This document shows, piece after piece, positions 42,215 through 55,510 of a stretch of DNA of 64,000 nucleotides. Below the pieces are notes generated by a model, which was given only the letters and a program-made list of their open reading frames with translations, was not told where the DNA came from and ran no database searches. Each line of letters opens with the position of its first letter. The stretch's first letter is position 1. A program made the position numbers and the translations under genes. The DNA comes from Lama guanicoe (Eukaryota): contig MU056000.1 of the NCBI GenBank assembly GCA_013239625.1, forward strand, positions 14,471,787-14,535,786, in the 5' to 3' direction.

Positions 42215-42583
42215 GTCAAATACCATATGAGATCACTCATATGTGGAATCTAAAAAACAAAAACAAAAGCAAACAAACAAACAAAAACAAAGCATGGATA
42301 CAGGACAGGGATAGACTCACAGACAGAGAATACAGACTTGTGGTTGCCGGGGGGTGGAGGGTGGGAAGGGATGGACTGGGATTTCGAAATTGTGGAGTGG
42401 ATGGGCAAGATTACGCTGTATAGCACAGGGAAGTGTACGCAAAATGTTATGATAACTCACAGAGAAGGGAATGTGACAATGAGTGTGTATGTGTCCATGA
42501 ATGGCTGAAGAATTGTGCTGAGCACTGGAATCTGACACAACATTGTGGAATGATTATAAATCAATAAAAAATGTAAAAAAAAA
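42215..42583 (+). mobile_element. Young 5'-truncated L1 3' end (camelid-type) carrying an A-to-G substitution cluster
   Basis: 'caaataccatatgagatcactcatatgtggaatctaaaa' (ORF2 end), 3'UTR, AATAAA at 42563, A tail 42575-42583; 'gtcaaat' at 42215 and 42584 is a possible TSD. Confidence 0.92.
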
Positions 42584-42979
42584 GTCAAATGCATTTAAAA
42601 GATTAAAGTTTGGAGTCAGATTTTGGAATATCTTGGATACCAGGAAGGAAATGAGTGGAAGAAAGGAAGGGGAGTCTTTTATCCATCTTTGGAATGGATA
42701 GTGACATAATCTCTACTGCATTTTGAAAGTACTAACCTGATTTCAGTGCCCGAGAGGCACAAAATAGAGGAGTGATGAGTAGCAGAGAGAGGATTCAGAG
42801 GCTGTTTTAATAACTCAGGCAAGAAGGATTGACGATTAATGCCAGTCAGTGAGAATAGGTAGGAGACGTGGGATCCAGAGAGGGGACACACATAGACTCA
42901 AAGGAAATGTACAAGTAGGTGTTTAACAGGGTGAAGGAAGTCTGGATTATAGATCTTGATCTAATAATTATATTAAACT

Positions 42980-43932
42980 TATCAATAAAAGAAACCCTAC
43001 TAATTCTCCTTGATACACACATGCACTGCCATCATCACACCTGTCCACACACAAACAGCGCTCCCTACATCTCAATAAAAGGTAACTCCATTCTTCCATC
43101 TTTTCAGACCTAAAGCCTGATAGATATTTGAGGCTCCTTTCTTTTTCTCTCACCAGCATTAAACCTGGCAGTATATACTGTCATCTCTAACTTAAAAACA
43201 CATCAAGGATTTGTTTTTTTCACTGACACACGAACTGACATTTGGTCAACACCATCATTCCTTCTCAATTGGTCAATGGGTGACAGCATCCCAACTGGTC
43301 TTCTTGATTCCTCTCTGCTCCCCTTTTGGTTTCATGATCTTACAATAGGCAGAGTGAACCTTGCTCAGACCCTCCATGGCTTCCTGTCACATGACAGAGA
43401 GGGTCACAGTACAAATGCCACAAAGCCCTTACATGACACTCCCTGCTTAATACCTCCAGCTTTATTCCCCACTACCCTTTCCTTATTTCTCTCTAGCTAC
43501 ATTACACCCCTGCCTTTTATTGTTCTTCAGATATGACAAGTACCCTACTGTCTCAGGACATTTGCATTTGCTGTTTTATTTGCCAGGTATAATTTGCCCC
43601 CAGGTATTCACATAGGTATCACCCTTATTTCAGACTTTTTCTTTAAGGCCATTTTCCCAGTGAGGAGTTTTCCAATCTTCATATTAAAAATTGAAAACTT
43701 CCACTGCCTCATTGCTCCCTAAGCCTCATAGCCACTGTACATTTCTTTATTTCTCTCATCATTATCTACTATTGACATGCTTCAATTTATTTCTTTAATT
43801 ATTTTTCTGAGTTTTGCAGCTAACATGGACAGGAATTCTATCTGTGTTGTTCATTGCTATATTCCCAGCCCCTGAAACAGCCTCTGAAACATAGTAGAAT
43901 ATCAGCAAATATTTGTTCAGCAAACAAATGAG
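42980..43932 (+). mobile_element. L2a LINE 3' region
   Basis: 'catctcaataaaaggtaactccattcttcca', 'ctcaggacatttgcatttgctgtt', 'ttgttcattgctatattcccagcccctgaaacag...aaatatttgttcagcaaacaaatga'. Confidence 0.85.
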
Positions 43933-44338
43933 AATTAAAGCATGTAACCAAGGAACTGAAAAAACATGTAGGAAAAACATGAAGGCAGACTCTCAAGGAA
44001 AGATACTGACAGCAGTTTTCATTCACATATTACTTTACCTTATGAAAGAATACTTTAAAAAGTGCTTACATTTACTTTTAACAAATCCCCATCTCAGAAA
44101 TGAGAAAGCTGAGGCTCACTGCCTATAAGATCTGCATTGGGGGGCTTTTTAGAAAGAAAAAATCAGATATAACAATAAAATAATGGTGAGCATAGTGAAT
44201 AAAATTATGCATTACCAATCACATCACAGAGAGGGTCACAACACAAATCCCACACAGCCCCTACATGAACGTACTGCTGTTAAATGAAACAGGTTTTCAG
44301 AAACTTAGTACTGTCAAATGAAATAAGAAAGGGCCCCC

Positions 44339-44352
44339 CTGCCATCTAGTCG
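44339..44352 (-). promoter_or_regulatory. CTCF-like motif
   Basis: Minus strand reads cgactagatggcag, 1 mismatch to CCACTAGATGGCAG. Confidence 0.4.
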
Positions 44353-46529
44353 ATATGTACTAATAAATGTGTGACTGTGAGCCAATTATACAGTCCCATT
44401 CCACCATCTTACCTCCCTCTCAAGGATGTCTGGATGTGAAATGAGACTGCACTGCAAGCAACAACAAGCTCATTAACAAGAAAAGACATCTATTAATTGC
44501 TTAATCGCAACGTTCAAAGACAAACGGGCAGGAAAACCTGTGCCTTGCAGACAATTACGATGTAAGAGAAAATACTGATGCCGAAAGTAAGTTGACAGGG
44601 AGACATCCGAATAAAATCATCAAACCGATTAAAGAAAGATCAGTGAAGTCTTAATGCCTCCGGGCAGCAGGGCAAGACATTCTTCTTTTCCTTCTCAGTT
44701 TACTTTGGTCTTAGGAGTGAGGCTGCTTGGCTGTGTATGTGGTGAGGGGAGCTCACGTGTTGCTGGGACAAAGACAGAAAATACTTGACGTGAAATGAGC
44801 CCAAGAAAGAATCTGACAGGTGATCAGGCAATAGTAAAAGCAATGAAGTAATTTGTACCATACTGAGACAACAGCTTTAAAAAGTAAGAATTTATAAGGA
44901 AAAATAAGGCAATGCAAAGCGGATGGAATCATTAAGGGAAGAGACAGAAGGGATGAGACACGGTTAGCCTCCAGACTCAAGGACTTTTTCAGGGAACGTT
45001 AAATCTCACTTTGGTTTATAGGACCCCACTTCTCTAGAAGCAGAACGAATGACAGCCATTTTTCGTGGTCTTTCACGCTCAGAAAACAAACCAACAAAGA
45101 AAAAAACAAAAACTCATCTCTTACACACACCCTGAAGGTCTTACTTCTGATAAAAGTCCAGAAAGCATATATATTTTTTCTCTAAATGTGTACAATTATT
45201 TTTCAGAAGGTATTTGCTCTCTACTAATGTTAGAGGCCGTTTTGGAGTAACGTTTTATAGGAAAATATTACTTATTGAAATTAGTTATCATATAATTGTC
45301 AAAAAGGAAGAGCACTTTAATGTTGATCTTTTTGTATTCATAGCCTATGCTATGATGTCATACATTGTGCCAGAAATAAAAGGATAGAAGTAAGGGTTTG
45401 GTGGTGTCAGAAGGAACAACAACAGAAAAAATTCTAAAGGTCATTTTGAATTTCTTCACTCCTATTTTATCACTGAAATTTTAAAAACCTACACTACTTT
45501 GGAGATAGTTTTTTTTTTTTAAATACATACTACCCTGCCTTTCTTAAGACAAAAGGTTAAATTTTACTGTAATGTGATTCCAGTTCATATGCAATATACA
45601 TCCCTGATAAATACGTAGAACTCACTGAATACTCTGGGATCTCTGCCTTTTTGCCTATAATCTTTAGAATATACCAGTTTATTTTGTTTTAAATGAGGAT
45701 AATAAATGGAAAATCTTTTCATCTTATTAATGAAAGAAAGTGTTTGATCCACCAGGCACTGGAGTTCAAATGCAGAGATAAAAGATAAGACAGTAGATTA
45801 TTGAAGAGACGTTCTTGGGCTGAGTATTCATAGTAAGAAAAGACATGAAAGAGATGTAATATCAGTATATCAAGCATCAAGAATACACAAAGATTACAAG
45901 ATATAATGACTTAGCTGTTTATCTAAAAATGTAATGGATGTTACTCTTTCATATGTAACACTCCATTGCAGATGTCCAATTTTCAAAAGAGCTGTCAGAA
46001 TGCATCCGCTTAAAGCTAGAAAGAAGTTATATTGGATGACTATTAACATAGAACAAATAGTGGGGCATGTTTTTCCAACTCCATTTCTGATCCTTTAAGA
46101 AGCAATGAGCTAGAGACAATATAATAAGGCTTGGAATTGTGGTATGTAAAATTAAGATTTTACATTTTTACATGTAGCACCATGTGCACTGGTTTTCATG
46201 GTCTTGAAGCAAGTGCCACAGTTGGCCAACGCCAAGCAAGTCAGGCTGATATATCCTTCCAACATGGCTTCCCTGGTCCAGAAGAAGAAACAGTCAAGTC
46301 TGGCTCTAAAGAAAACTTGAGCTCTTATGTATTTTATATTTAGATGAGTGGTTTTCAAAGGGTAAGACAAGGATCCATGTAGGGGGTCTTCTCATGTGAT
46401 CTCTTCTAAAGTTGATTCTTACATTAGAAAATTTCTTTTTAAGTTGAGACATTCATCTCATCATATTATTCTCATCTTACTAGCTACACTTTAAAGGCAG
46501 TGGTCAACTTTTCCCTTTGGTATACACAA

Positions 46530-46554
46530 CAAAACAAAACAAAACAAAACAAAA
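46530..46554. repeat. (CAAAA)n microsatellite
   Basis: About 5 units seen directly. Confidence 0.9.
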
Positions 46555-47279
46555 TAAGAATCAGTGATTTTTGATACATACATTTTCTGTTATGATTTTT
46601 TGAATTTCATCCAGAGAAATCAAAGCCCCAGAGATTATTATTTCAAATAATATTGTTGCTAGGCAATTATAGAAACAAAAAAATTCAATTTCCCTATATA
46701 AAAAGAACTCAATTTTCTGATCATCAAGGCCAGCAAAATCATTACCTGTAATATCACTTCATAAAAGTATTTATGAAGGTATAATATCATTGCATTAATG
46801 CACCTATATTTTGTCAAAATATCATCCCTAGGTTGCTAATATATGTGAAACCAATCATGGATGAACTGTCTTGTATAGCCCTTCGTGTCATGGGCGTTCC
46901 CTGTGCATTGATGAGCTGACACTGCAAATTTCATAACTCCCATTGGTCTAGCTATACAAGGAGATCACTTTAAGAAGCTTTATGATTATTCATGGACCCT
47001 CTGGGGGCAGACATTTCAGAACTCGGACAGAAGAGCAGGAGAGAGGAGGTACTTAGAATTCGGAAAAAAAGGAAAAGGAGAAGAAGAGGAAGAATGAACA
47101 GTTTTTAAAACTGAAATACTTATCTGAGCCGTTCAGAATATTATTTGGATTAGAGGGGCTTTTTCTTTGCAAAGAAAGCTTCTTTATTATAAAAGAGGAT
47201 CAAGGTACTAAAAGGAAACTTATACTATCTCAAAGGACTTCTAAATCTTTTCATTTCGGAGGAAGAAAAAGTTTTTCAA

Positions 47280-47608
47280 GTTCATTTCCATTAAATCTTT
47301 GCTCAAATATCAACTCAATGAGTCTTTCCCTGACTATTCTATTTAAAATTGCAACTCTCAAGAAGACTTTACCCTAACTACTTCCTTATTTCTGATATTT
47401 ATCCCCTTCTAAGATACTATGCAAATTCCTTAAATTACTGTGTGTGTATATGTTGTATTTGTGCTGTTTATTTTCTGGCTCCCACTACTCCAATGCCAAC
47501 TACATGAGGGCAGAGACTTGTCCATTATGTTCACTAAAACATCAAGAGCTTAGACCTGTGCACAGTACAGAGAACAAATCCCATAAGTATTTGTTGAATG
47601 AACTAATA
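47280..47608 (+). mobile_element. L2a 3' end
   Basis: 'tctttgctcaaatatcaac...tttccctgactattctatttaaaattgcaac...catgagggcagagacttg...ataagtatttgttgaatgaa'. Confidence 0.85.
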
Positions 47609-50195
47609 AAAGTGTATGAAATGCTTTCCTAGTAAATATTTTATTTTCAGTATCAGCAACACCAGCAGCAGCCTTCTGTTTATTTGAGCATTAAGGTGAC
47701 ATTACAAAGACAGATGCTTCATCTATAAATTTTTCTGAGTTCTTCTTAAAGCTGCAGAACTTATACAACATCTGGCTTTTTGGAAATATTATTTCTGCTT
47801 GAAATGCTTGACGAGATGGAAGCAGAGACCATCCGACTAAGGCTAACCATGTGGCTTTTTCAGCACACCTAATTATTTCTTCCTATCTTTTTTATTTTTT
47901 CAATATTATAAACTTTATGAGTTCTCTGTTGGCTGGATGATATCACTATGCAATAGCTCAGAGTATTTTTTGACCAGCTGATATATGAAAATTCAACTTG
48001 GTAAATGAAAGATATGATTTAGTAGTGTTAGCATCTAATGGTCGTGATGTGAAAGTCCACTGTGAAAATCTAGGATCCAATGTCTGTGGCCTGCCATCTG
48101 CTTAGGCTCCTGCTAGATGGCTAGGAGTGAGATAACGTCTTTATTTTTTGGTGTTATTTTGCAACGCTGTTGCAAATTTGTTGTGCAGCCCTGGAAAGTA
48201 TGGAACCCACTGAAGCAAACTTCCCTCAAGATGCCAAGTTGGTAGTGAGAGCTCCTCACTTCTTTCATAAAGATAAAGCCCAGTTAAGTTAACTAGAGGG
48301 CAGCTGTAAAACAAGCTGATAAAGTAGCCCTTAATCTTATTTAGCAACATGGAGGGAGCAATTGCTGGATACTTACGACGAGTGCTGATATTGTCAAAAA
48401 CTGTCATGAAAAATGTTCCCCAATTTTCACAATAATGGCATCATTTACCCCACAGCATAGATGAGCAAGTAGAAGCTTATTCAGAGAAACAGAATTTTGA
48501 GAGGATACAGACGGAACATATGGTTAACTAAAGGATTTATCTCCACATGGATATAATATCCGTGCCCCTTCCACAGTATCCTATTGCATTCTGTTACCAA
48601 AAATATGCAATAAACATCTATATGAATCAGTCCTGCCAGTGGTTAAACACACATAATTATCCTAATATTAGAATTTTATATATACAAATATGAATCTAAT
48701 GTTCTTTATATTGATGATATTTCTACAATTTATAATTTTTTATTATTCAGATATTTTTATTTCTAAATGTCTTCTTAGAATAAGCTGGAATTTATAAAAT
48801 TGGATAACACTAAACAAAATAATCTGTAATTATAAATACTAATGGAAAGGAGTCTGTCTATGTAAGCCTTTATGCTTTTTTTTCCTAAATATACTACAAA
48901 TAGTAATGAGAGAGTTTTTCTTTTTAATTCATTTTTTCCTAATTATTGAAAGAAGGTCATATACAACAGGTACATGATTTATCTTGGCCTTTTGGGTCTC
49001 CACGAGAACACATTTTTCTGTCCCTCGTGTATGAGTAAGTTATAAGCATCTCTATATTGCTTCTCCATTCAACAATTTAGGTTTGATTTTCCTCTCTTCC
49101 TTTTGGCAGCTCCCCTCTAAGTACTCTAGTATGTTCAAGATTCCAGTTTGCAGACAGGTGCTTGTCAGAAGAATAAGAATCTTCTGAGATTGCTTTGTAA
49201 GACAGATCTCTAACCTTATTATATTTTAGGTTTAATTGGGTGTTATACACCATCTCTTGTTCTTCATTTAAAATGTATTAATAAATCAAGTAAACTCCAA
49301 ATTAATAAAAAGAGGTTATAATCCCCCCCAGGAACAAGTTCAGTAAGGACATAACAATATATATGCAGCACATGAATTTTACATCCCATTTAACTTATCT
49401 TCCTAATTCACCCCGATCATACAGACAGCCTTTTATTAGAACGTTCTCTTCTGACTCACCTGGAGATCAGGCTGTTAGTCAGAAATTCATCCTAATGTTT
49501 TGTCCTCAACCTTCATGCTCTTGGCAACAAAGTCTTTCTGGAACTGCTTATCGCTCAGCAATCAGCCATTACTACCTTAGCCAGAGTGATTCATTTCCGT
49601 GACTATTTCCCAGCTCTTGAAAGCTGTAATTTGTCTTTTCTGGCGCTCTGGATCAGCTGGGCCCCAGGAGCGCCTGCATCCTTTCCTCCCTTCTCTGACA
49701 GGGCTGAAGATGGGAACGAAGCCAGACAGCCTTCCCCATGCATACCGCTTATCCAGCCCCCTGCCCACCGTGACTAGCACTCTCTAGTTCTTAAAAATAT
49801 TTTGGTCAATTTGCTTTTTTAAAATTTCGGTCTTTTTTTTTAAGACACAGTGTGTTTAGCTCCTTGCTTCCATTGGCTATAAAGTTAATCTCTTATTTAA
49901 AAGAAAGTGTAACTACACTATTTTTATCAGAAGTTAAAGCAGCTCATCTACTTTGAAACAGTTTCCAGAAGGGTTTTGGAGAGAGTTTTAAATCCTTGAT
50001 AAAAAACAAAACATTATAAATAATACATTAAAAAGAAGCATTTTAAAAATACAACATAAAGAAGGTTAAAGGCACTTTGTTATCTAATTACATACAGAGC
50101 TTTTACTTTGAAATTTCACCTTCACTGATTTAAATTGAGGGCATTCTACTTACTTGGGATATTTTTTAAACACATGTATGTTAAGTTCATCCAAA

Positions 50196-50261
50196 CTATA
50201 TATTACATTATTCCCATTGTGTGTATGCTATATATTACATTATTCCCATTGTGTGTATGCT
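50196..50261. repeat. Perfect 32-bp tandem duplication
   Basis: ctatatattacattattcccattgtgtgtatg x2, followed by ct. Confidence 0.95.
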
Positions 50262-50344
50262 TCAGTCATATAACACCATTTAGACATTTTCTCACTTGAC
50301 CCACGAGCTTCTTAGTCTACCCTTCAGTAAAGAATCAGAAAGTC

Positions 50345-50808
50345 TGTATAGGAGAGAGTTGGTGGTGGCACCCAGACTGGAGGATAAACAAGGGGGATGT
50401 GGGATGTCACGTGATTTGGCTGACATGACAACACACCTATCAGATCTCCTACAGATGTGACCGGTGGCCTCAGTTTCTGCCCTATGAGACCCAGAACCCA
50501 TCTGCATGGAAGGTATGAGTCTCATAGCTGCTTCTAGGCAGTGACTGAGTGTGGCAGGTGCTCATTGACTAAGATGGGTCATTCCTGGGAAACACTCTTC
50601 TGAGGAGGGACATTGGCTCAGGACTGCCTGATATACTTACTAGAATTTTCTTAAAACCCCACTGCATTTCCTTTCTTTTCTTTAACCTCCATCATCATCC
50701 AAAGGCTATCCCAGACTTCTCCACTTCCGTTCCCGCTTCCCTGCGTAAATGCACATCTAATTTCCTAACCTATTGATATTTACATCTTAGACAATTTAGA
50801 CTAATGCA
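50345..50808 (+). mobile_element. LTR16-type (ERVL) solo LTR
   Basis: 'gcagtgactgagtgtggcagg...actaagatgggtcattcctgggaaac...ttggctcaggactgcc' and end 'gcacatctaat...agactaatgca'. Confidence 0.65.
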
Positions 50809-51439
50809 AGTGACTGGTTTTGTGGTTGTGTTAATGTGGCACTTCACATAAGATTGAGAAACTATTGTTTGTGTCAAAAAAGGGGGGGGGGAGTGTGGCT
50901 CTCCCCACCACACACCCGGACAACGCCAGTGGCATCCTCTATGAAAACAACTACCTGCCCTTGATCATTTCATGTTTGTTCTCTTGGCTTTTCCAAACCT
51001 GATGTACCTTCTTTGAAACATTACACTCATCTGAAGGCAGCATTTCACAGATGAATTCAGCATAGCTTGAACATGAATGAGAGGTTATTTTCTCTTTCAA
51101 TCACAATACCCTCGCTTAAAAGGTCTGATTTGACCATACAGATCTTACACTTGCTTGGCTTGAAATTTAATTCTTTTGTAAGAACTCCTAGTCTGCCACT
51201 GATATAACAGGCTTTGGAAACTGTATTGCTCATTAACTGTGATTAGCATTACTTTAGCTGTATGGGAAAAAAGTCTACCTCACAATGAATTTTCTTGATT
51301 GGAAAACACCATCTTAAGATAAGGGAAAACTATTTTTATATATCTGTAGCTAAAGGTTTATGCATCTGGAGTTCTACCTACATTATGTGGATATGCATCA
51401 AGCCTCACTTTTACATACAACTAGTGGCCAATGTATCTT

Positions 51440-51840
51440 TATTTTATATATAATTTTACAGAATCTTTTCCATTTGAGGTTATTACAAGATATTGACTAG
51501 AGTTCTCTGTGCTATACAGTAGACCCTTGTTGTTTATCTATTTCATATATAGTAGTATATCTCTGTTGACCCCAAACTCCCAAATTATCCCATCCCATCC
51601 TCTTTCCACCCTGGTGACCATAAGTTTGTTTTCTATGTCTGTGAGTCTATTTGTCTATTCCTGTTTTGTAAACAAGTTCATTTGTATCATTATTTTACAT
51701 ATCACATATAAGTGATATCACGTGGTATTTGTCTTTCTCTGTCTGGCTTACTTCACTTAGCATGATAATTTCTAGGTCTGTCTATATTGTGGCAAATGGC
51801 AATATTTCATTCTTTTCTATGGCTTAGTAATATTCCATCC
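51440..51840 (-). mobile_element. Cetartiodactyl L1 3' end (ORF2 end plus 3'UTR)
   Basis: 'ggttattacaagatattga...tgtgctatacagtag...ccataagtttgttttctatgtctgtgagtc...cttacttcacttagcatgataatttctagg'. Confidence 0.9.
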
Positions 51841-52329
51841 ACTGATGTATCTTTAATTATAGGGTAGTAAACACATAAACAACTGATGGAAGCACAAGAA
51901 AAATGGCAGCCACTTAACATTTCAAATCTCTCATAGTCCAAATAGCAACATTTAAGTAATGCTACAGGTTGACTATCACAGCAGATAGGGAGGTAACATC
52001 CTACTCTAAATACCAAATATAATTCATTTGCAAAATATGTCCTATATTGATTTAAAATAGGAATATCAACACATTCATCTTCTAACTAAAACATTAAAGA
52101 TTCTTTTTTTAAATACAGAATTAAAAACATTCCCTCTAAAACAAGTCTCAAATGCAAATGGAATAAAAAATGACTGAGATGACTCAAAACATATTTAATG
52201 AAGATTAAGTTGGGCAATTCATTTATAATAAATATTTATTAAAATTTTTAATAATTTAGACAGCATGTAGATGAAATCAAGAATAAAGGGAACTTTTCTT
52301 TATCAGCTATTAGAACACATTATCAATTA

Positions 52330-53500
52330 AGTGAAAACCATGGTACTGGGGAAAAATGGTCATATCAATAGACTAGATCAAAAGCTAGAGAAGTAGACTG
52401 AAACATTCCTAGATATGTAATATAGGTAACAAATATCTAACTCAATTTCAGGAAGAAGAAGATAATTCACAAATAGTGTTAGGATAACAGTTTAGATATT
52501 AAGAGAAAAAGTTACTATTTATCTAACACATTTTTAGAAAAAAATTCCAGGTGGATCTAAACATATATCTTTTAAAAATCATAGATGTTTAAGCATGATT
52601 CCTAAGGCAGAAGGAAACAGACTGAGCTATTTAGCAGTATATATTTATAAATAAAAATTAGAGAGAAAGAGAAGGAGGAAAGGAGGCAGGTAAGATGCTA
52701 CAAGCACATCTCAGGTAATGGGTAAAAATACTTCCTTTTTTTGGCAAGGGACTAATAACTTTATAGTTAAAAACACATACACACACATAGTACAAATCAA
52801 CATACACAAAATATTTCAATAGAAAAATGAAGAAAGACCAGAAATGATGCTTCAAAAAATGTTAAACAAAATCATTGAAGATCAGTGCTTCCTATGTTAT
52901 AGAAATTGTTCTAGTTACTGGAGATAGAATTTGAATAAAACAAAATAAACTTTCTACCATTGGATCTCACTTTAAATAGGGAAATCATGTAATATAAAAT
53001 TGGCCAATAAAGTCTACGCCAAATAATTCAAAGTCTTCTATAATTACAGAAAAATATTTTGAATGACACTATTTCTTATCAGATGATCAAGGATAAAACT
53101 TTCTGATTACAGCGAATGATTTTTATTTTGTGGGGGAACTCATTCTCATGCATTGTTGGTGTGAGGTTTTACTGGCATTAACCTTCTTGAGGGTAATTCA
53201 AAATGCTTAGGAAAATGTGTAACATTAAGTCAGGGAATACTATCCACAAGGTCAGAACGAGAGAAAATATTCAGACATGTTCTCTAGGCTGTGTATTAAA
53301 CATGCTACATAGTATTGCTTTTTAAGGTGCAAAATTACAAGCAACCTAAATGTCCTGAAATATACTCTTAACCTGAAATTGATGTAATAGGTGCATTTTT
53401 TAAAATTAGGATTTGGTACCAATATATTTTTAGCAAAAAAGACTTAAAAATCAGATTTCAGTACTAAACATTCAGTGTGATCTCACTTTAATATGAACAC
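52330..53500 (+). mobile_element. Highly decayed L1ME-type fragments with an interrupting L2 piece (~52860-52985)
   Basis: 'aaaaccatggtactgg', 'ttcacaaatagtgttaggataac', 'aaaaaattccaggtggat', 'ctcatgcattgttggtgtgagg', 'gcaacctaaatgtcc'. Confidence 0.6.
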
Positions 53501-55475
53501 ATGTACAAATATGCACAGAATATTTGCATTCAAAAGCCTGATGTATTTGGAGTGATTTGTTAGCCATGTTTATATGCACACATCTATACTGTCTAATATT
53601 CGTATAATTTGCACACTTTGCTTATTTAATAAGGTCATAAAGGTTTTCATAAGAATTGCATCATATGTTGAGGCAATCTAGTAAAACAATCTAGAGATTA
53701 GAATTTGGCTTTCATGTCGAATGTAAAACATTTGGAAGCTCTACTTTGATCGCATTTTTGCCTTTTGAGATTTCATGTTGTTCTCACACTGGAAACAGCT
53801 AAAAGAATTACCTTCCTCTTAGTGCTTATTTTCTTTGTAAACTGTGGCCTTCAAAGACTTAGTATTTTTTGAACTTCCTTGTCCTGTCATCTGCTAAATT
53901 ATGTGAAGAGAACCTCAGTGCCTAAGTATATTAACAACTTTTATGAATCAGACTCAGTCTCAGCATGTTTTTATTATACATTCACTAAACTTCAATGAGG
54001 AATATATATTAGTCCATTTTAGTAAGCACAATCATTGTTCAACAGTTTTTCTAAACATTTCCTACTTAAATGTTTTTAAAAATAACTCAATTGTTTTTAA
54101 GAACCATAATACTGAGTCTCTCAACAAAATATCTGCAATTTATTCCTGTCACACATTTTCATGAATAGTCATCTGTGGATAAAATGACCCAGTGAAATAT
54201 TAATTTTCACCGTCTTATAAAGGTCGAATGTAGGTAATTATTCATAACCTTACTTACAGCTTGGAGTGAATGTTGTGGGAATATTAAAGAAATCAGTAAT
54301 CATTGCTTTAAAAAAAGTCAGTCCTATAATATTGTATCGCTACATCATTAATAAACAGTAGTTTAGTAATGAATAGTTTAGTATGATGCAATCAACACAA
54401 AATTTTTGAATTCATGACATTTAAATGATTGCAATTACAATAAATGACTAGATAAACAATAGAGTAAGGACTGAGCAATTAAATGCAGAAATCCAAAACT
54501 ACCTATTCTTTCTCCAGCTTAGAAAGATAGCAGAGCTTCGTGGCTAAATTGCATCTCTAAAACTAAAAATTCAAGGTTAATCCTTGTTCTAGGGGGAATT
54601 AAAGGCAGGGCAACCTCTTCATGTTGGCATAGTTTTCCTGAACATGTTTGAAGACTTATACCTGGGAATTCTGCCCTGAGTAAACATATTTGATATGTGA
54701 ACGTGGACTCTGGGCCTTGGCGCTTTCTGCTCATCTGTTAGGTTGGCGTCATTCCTACTTACAATTTGGTTGGAATTCTGCCGCGGGGCTTAGGTGCCAA
54801 ATGGCAAGATTTTTAAATAAGACAGTGCATACAATGCCTCCTGCTCTGGGTGGAATATCCTTTATACTGAATCCAAGCAATAGCATAAAGCCTGGTTTTA
54901 TCCTTCATCACAACAGTTGGGCATGTGTTCAGGATGACACAATTAGCAGATTAAATATGCTAACGTCATATTTCTATCTGTCAGGAAATCCTGCCATTTT
55001 TAAAGATGATTGTTTTGAAAGTGATATTATTGTCACTGTTATTATTTTACACTATACATACCTAAAGCTTCTGTATACACCTGTGTAGGATTTTTTTTTT
55101 AATTAGGAAATACACAACAAGGACTGCAAAGATATCATTTGCCCTCCCACCCATAAGAATTTTAAATCTAAGATACACATTCTAAGATAGGATGATTTAA
55201 AATCATAACAGAGTAACCATAAGTAAATTCATCTTAATACGTTTGTGCACTCAGACACTAAGAAATTTAAAAGTTTCCATATGGACAGAAAATGTGTTTA
55301 CAGAAGAACTAAAAGTCCGTACCAATGGAAGAGAGTAATTACCTAAATATTTAGTCCTGCAATTCTCTTCATCAGTCTAACTTAATTACAAATTGTTCAT
55401 TCATTCATTCACTCATTCTTTCATAAAACAAGTATGTCTGTTATCAATTAAAAAGAAGGACTTTAGTATGAAATT

Positions 55476-55510
55476 TCAGGCAAATGCTCTACCACTGAGC
55501 TATATCGCCC
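55476..55510 (-). pseudogene. Tailless retrocopy of a 5' tRNA half (tRNA-Cys-like; Ala/SINE origin not excluded)
   Basis: Minus strand gggcgatatagctcagtggtagagcatttgcctga, containing the A-box, between perfect 23-bp direct repeats at 55453-55475 and 55511-55533. Confidence 0.8.

Noticed and set aside
48370..48480. Minus-strand donor C|gtaagt as a coding exon end
   Set aside because: All upstream frames hit stops and there is no convincing acceptor.
50882..50891. G10 run as a G-quadruplex
   Set aside because: A single G tract without further tracts.
55476..55510. Functional tRNA gene or CRISPR-like repeat-spacer-repeat
   Set aside because: Only a 5' half with no B-box; two repeats in mammalian DNA are explained as a target-site duplication.
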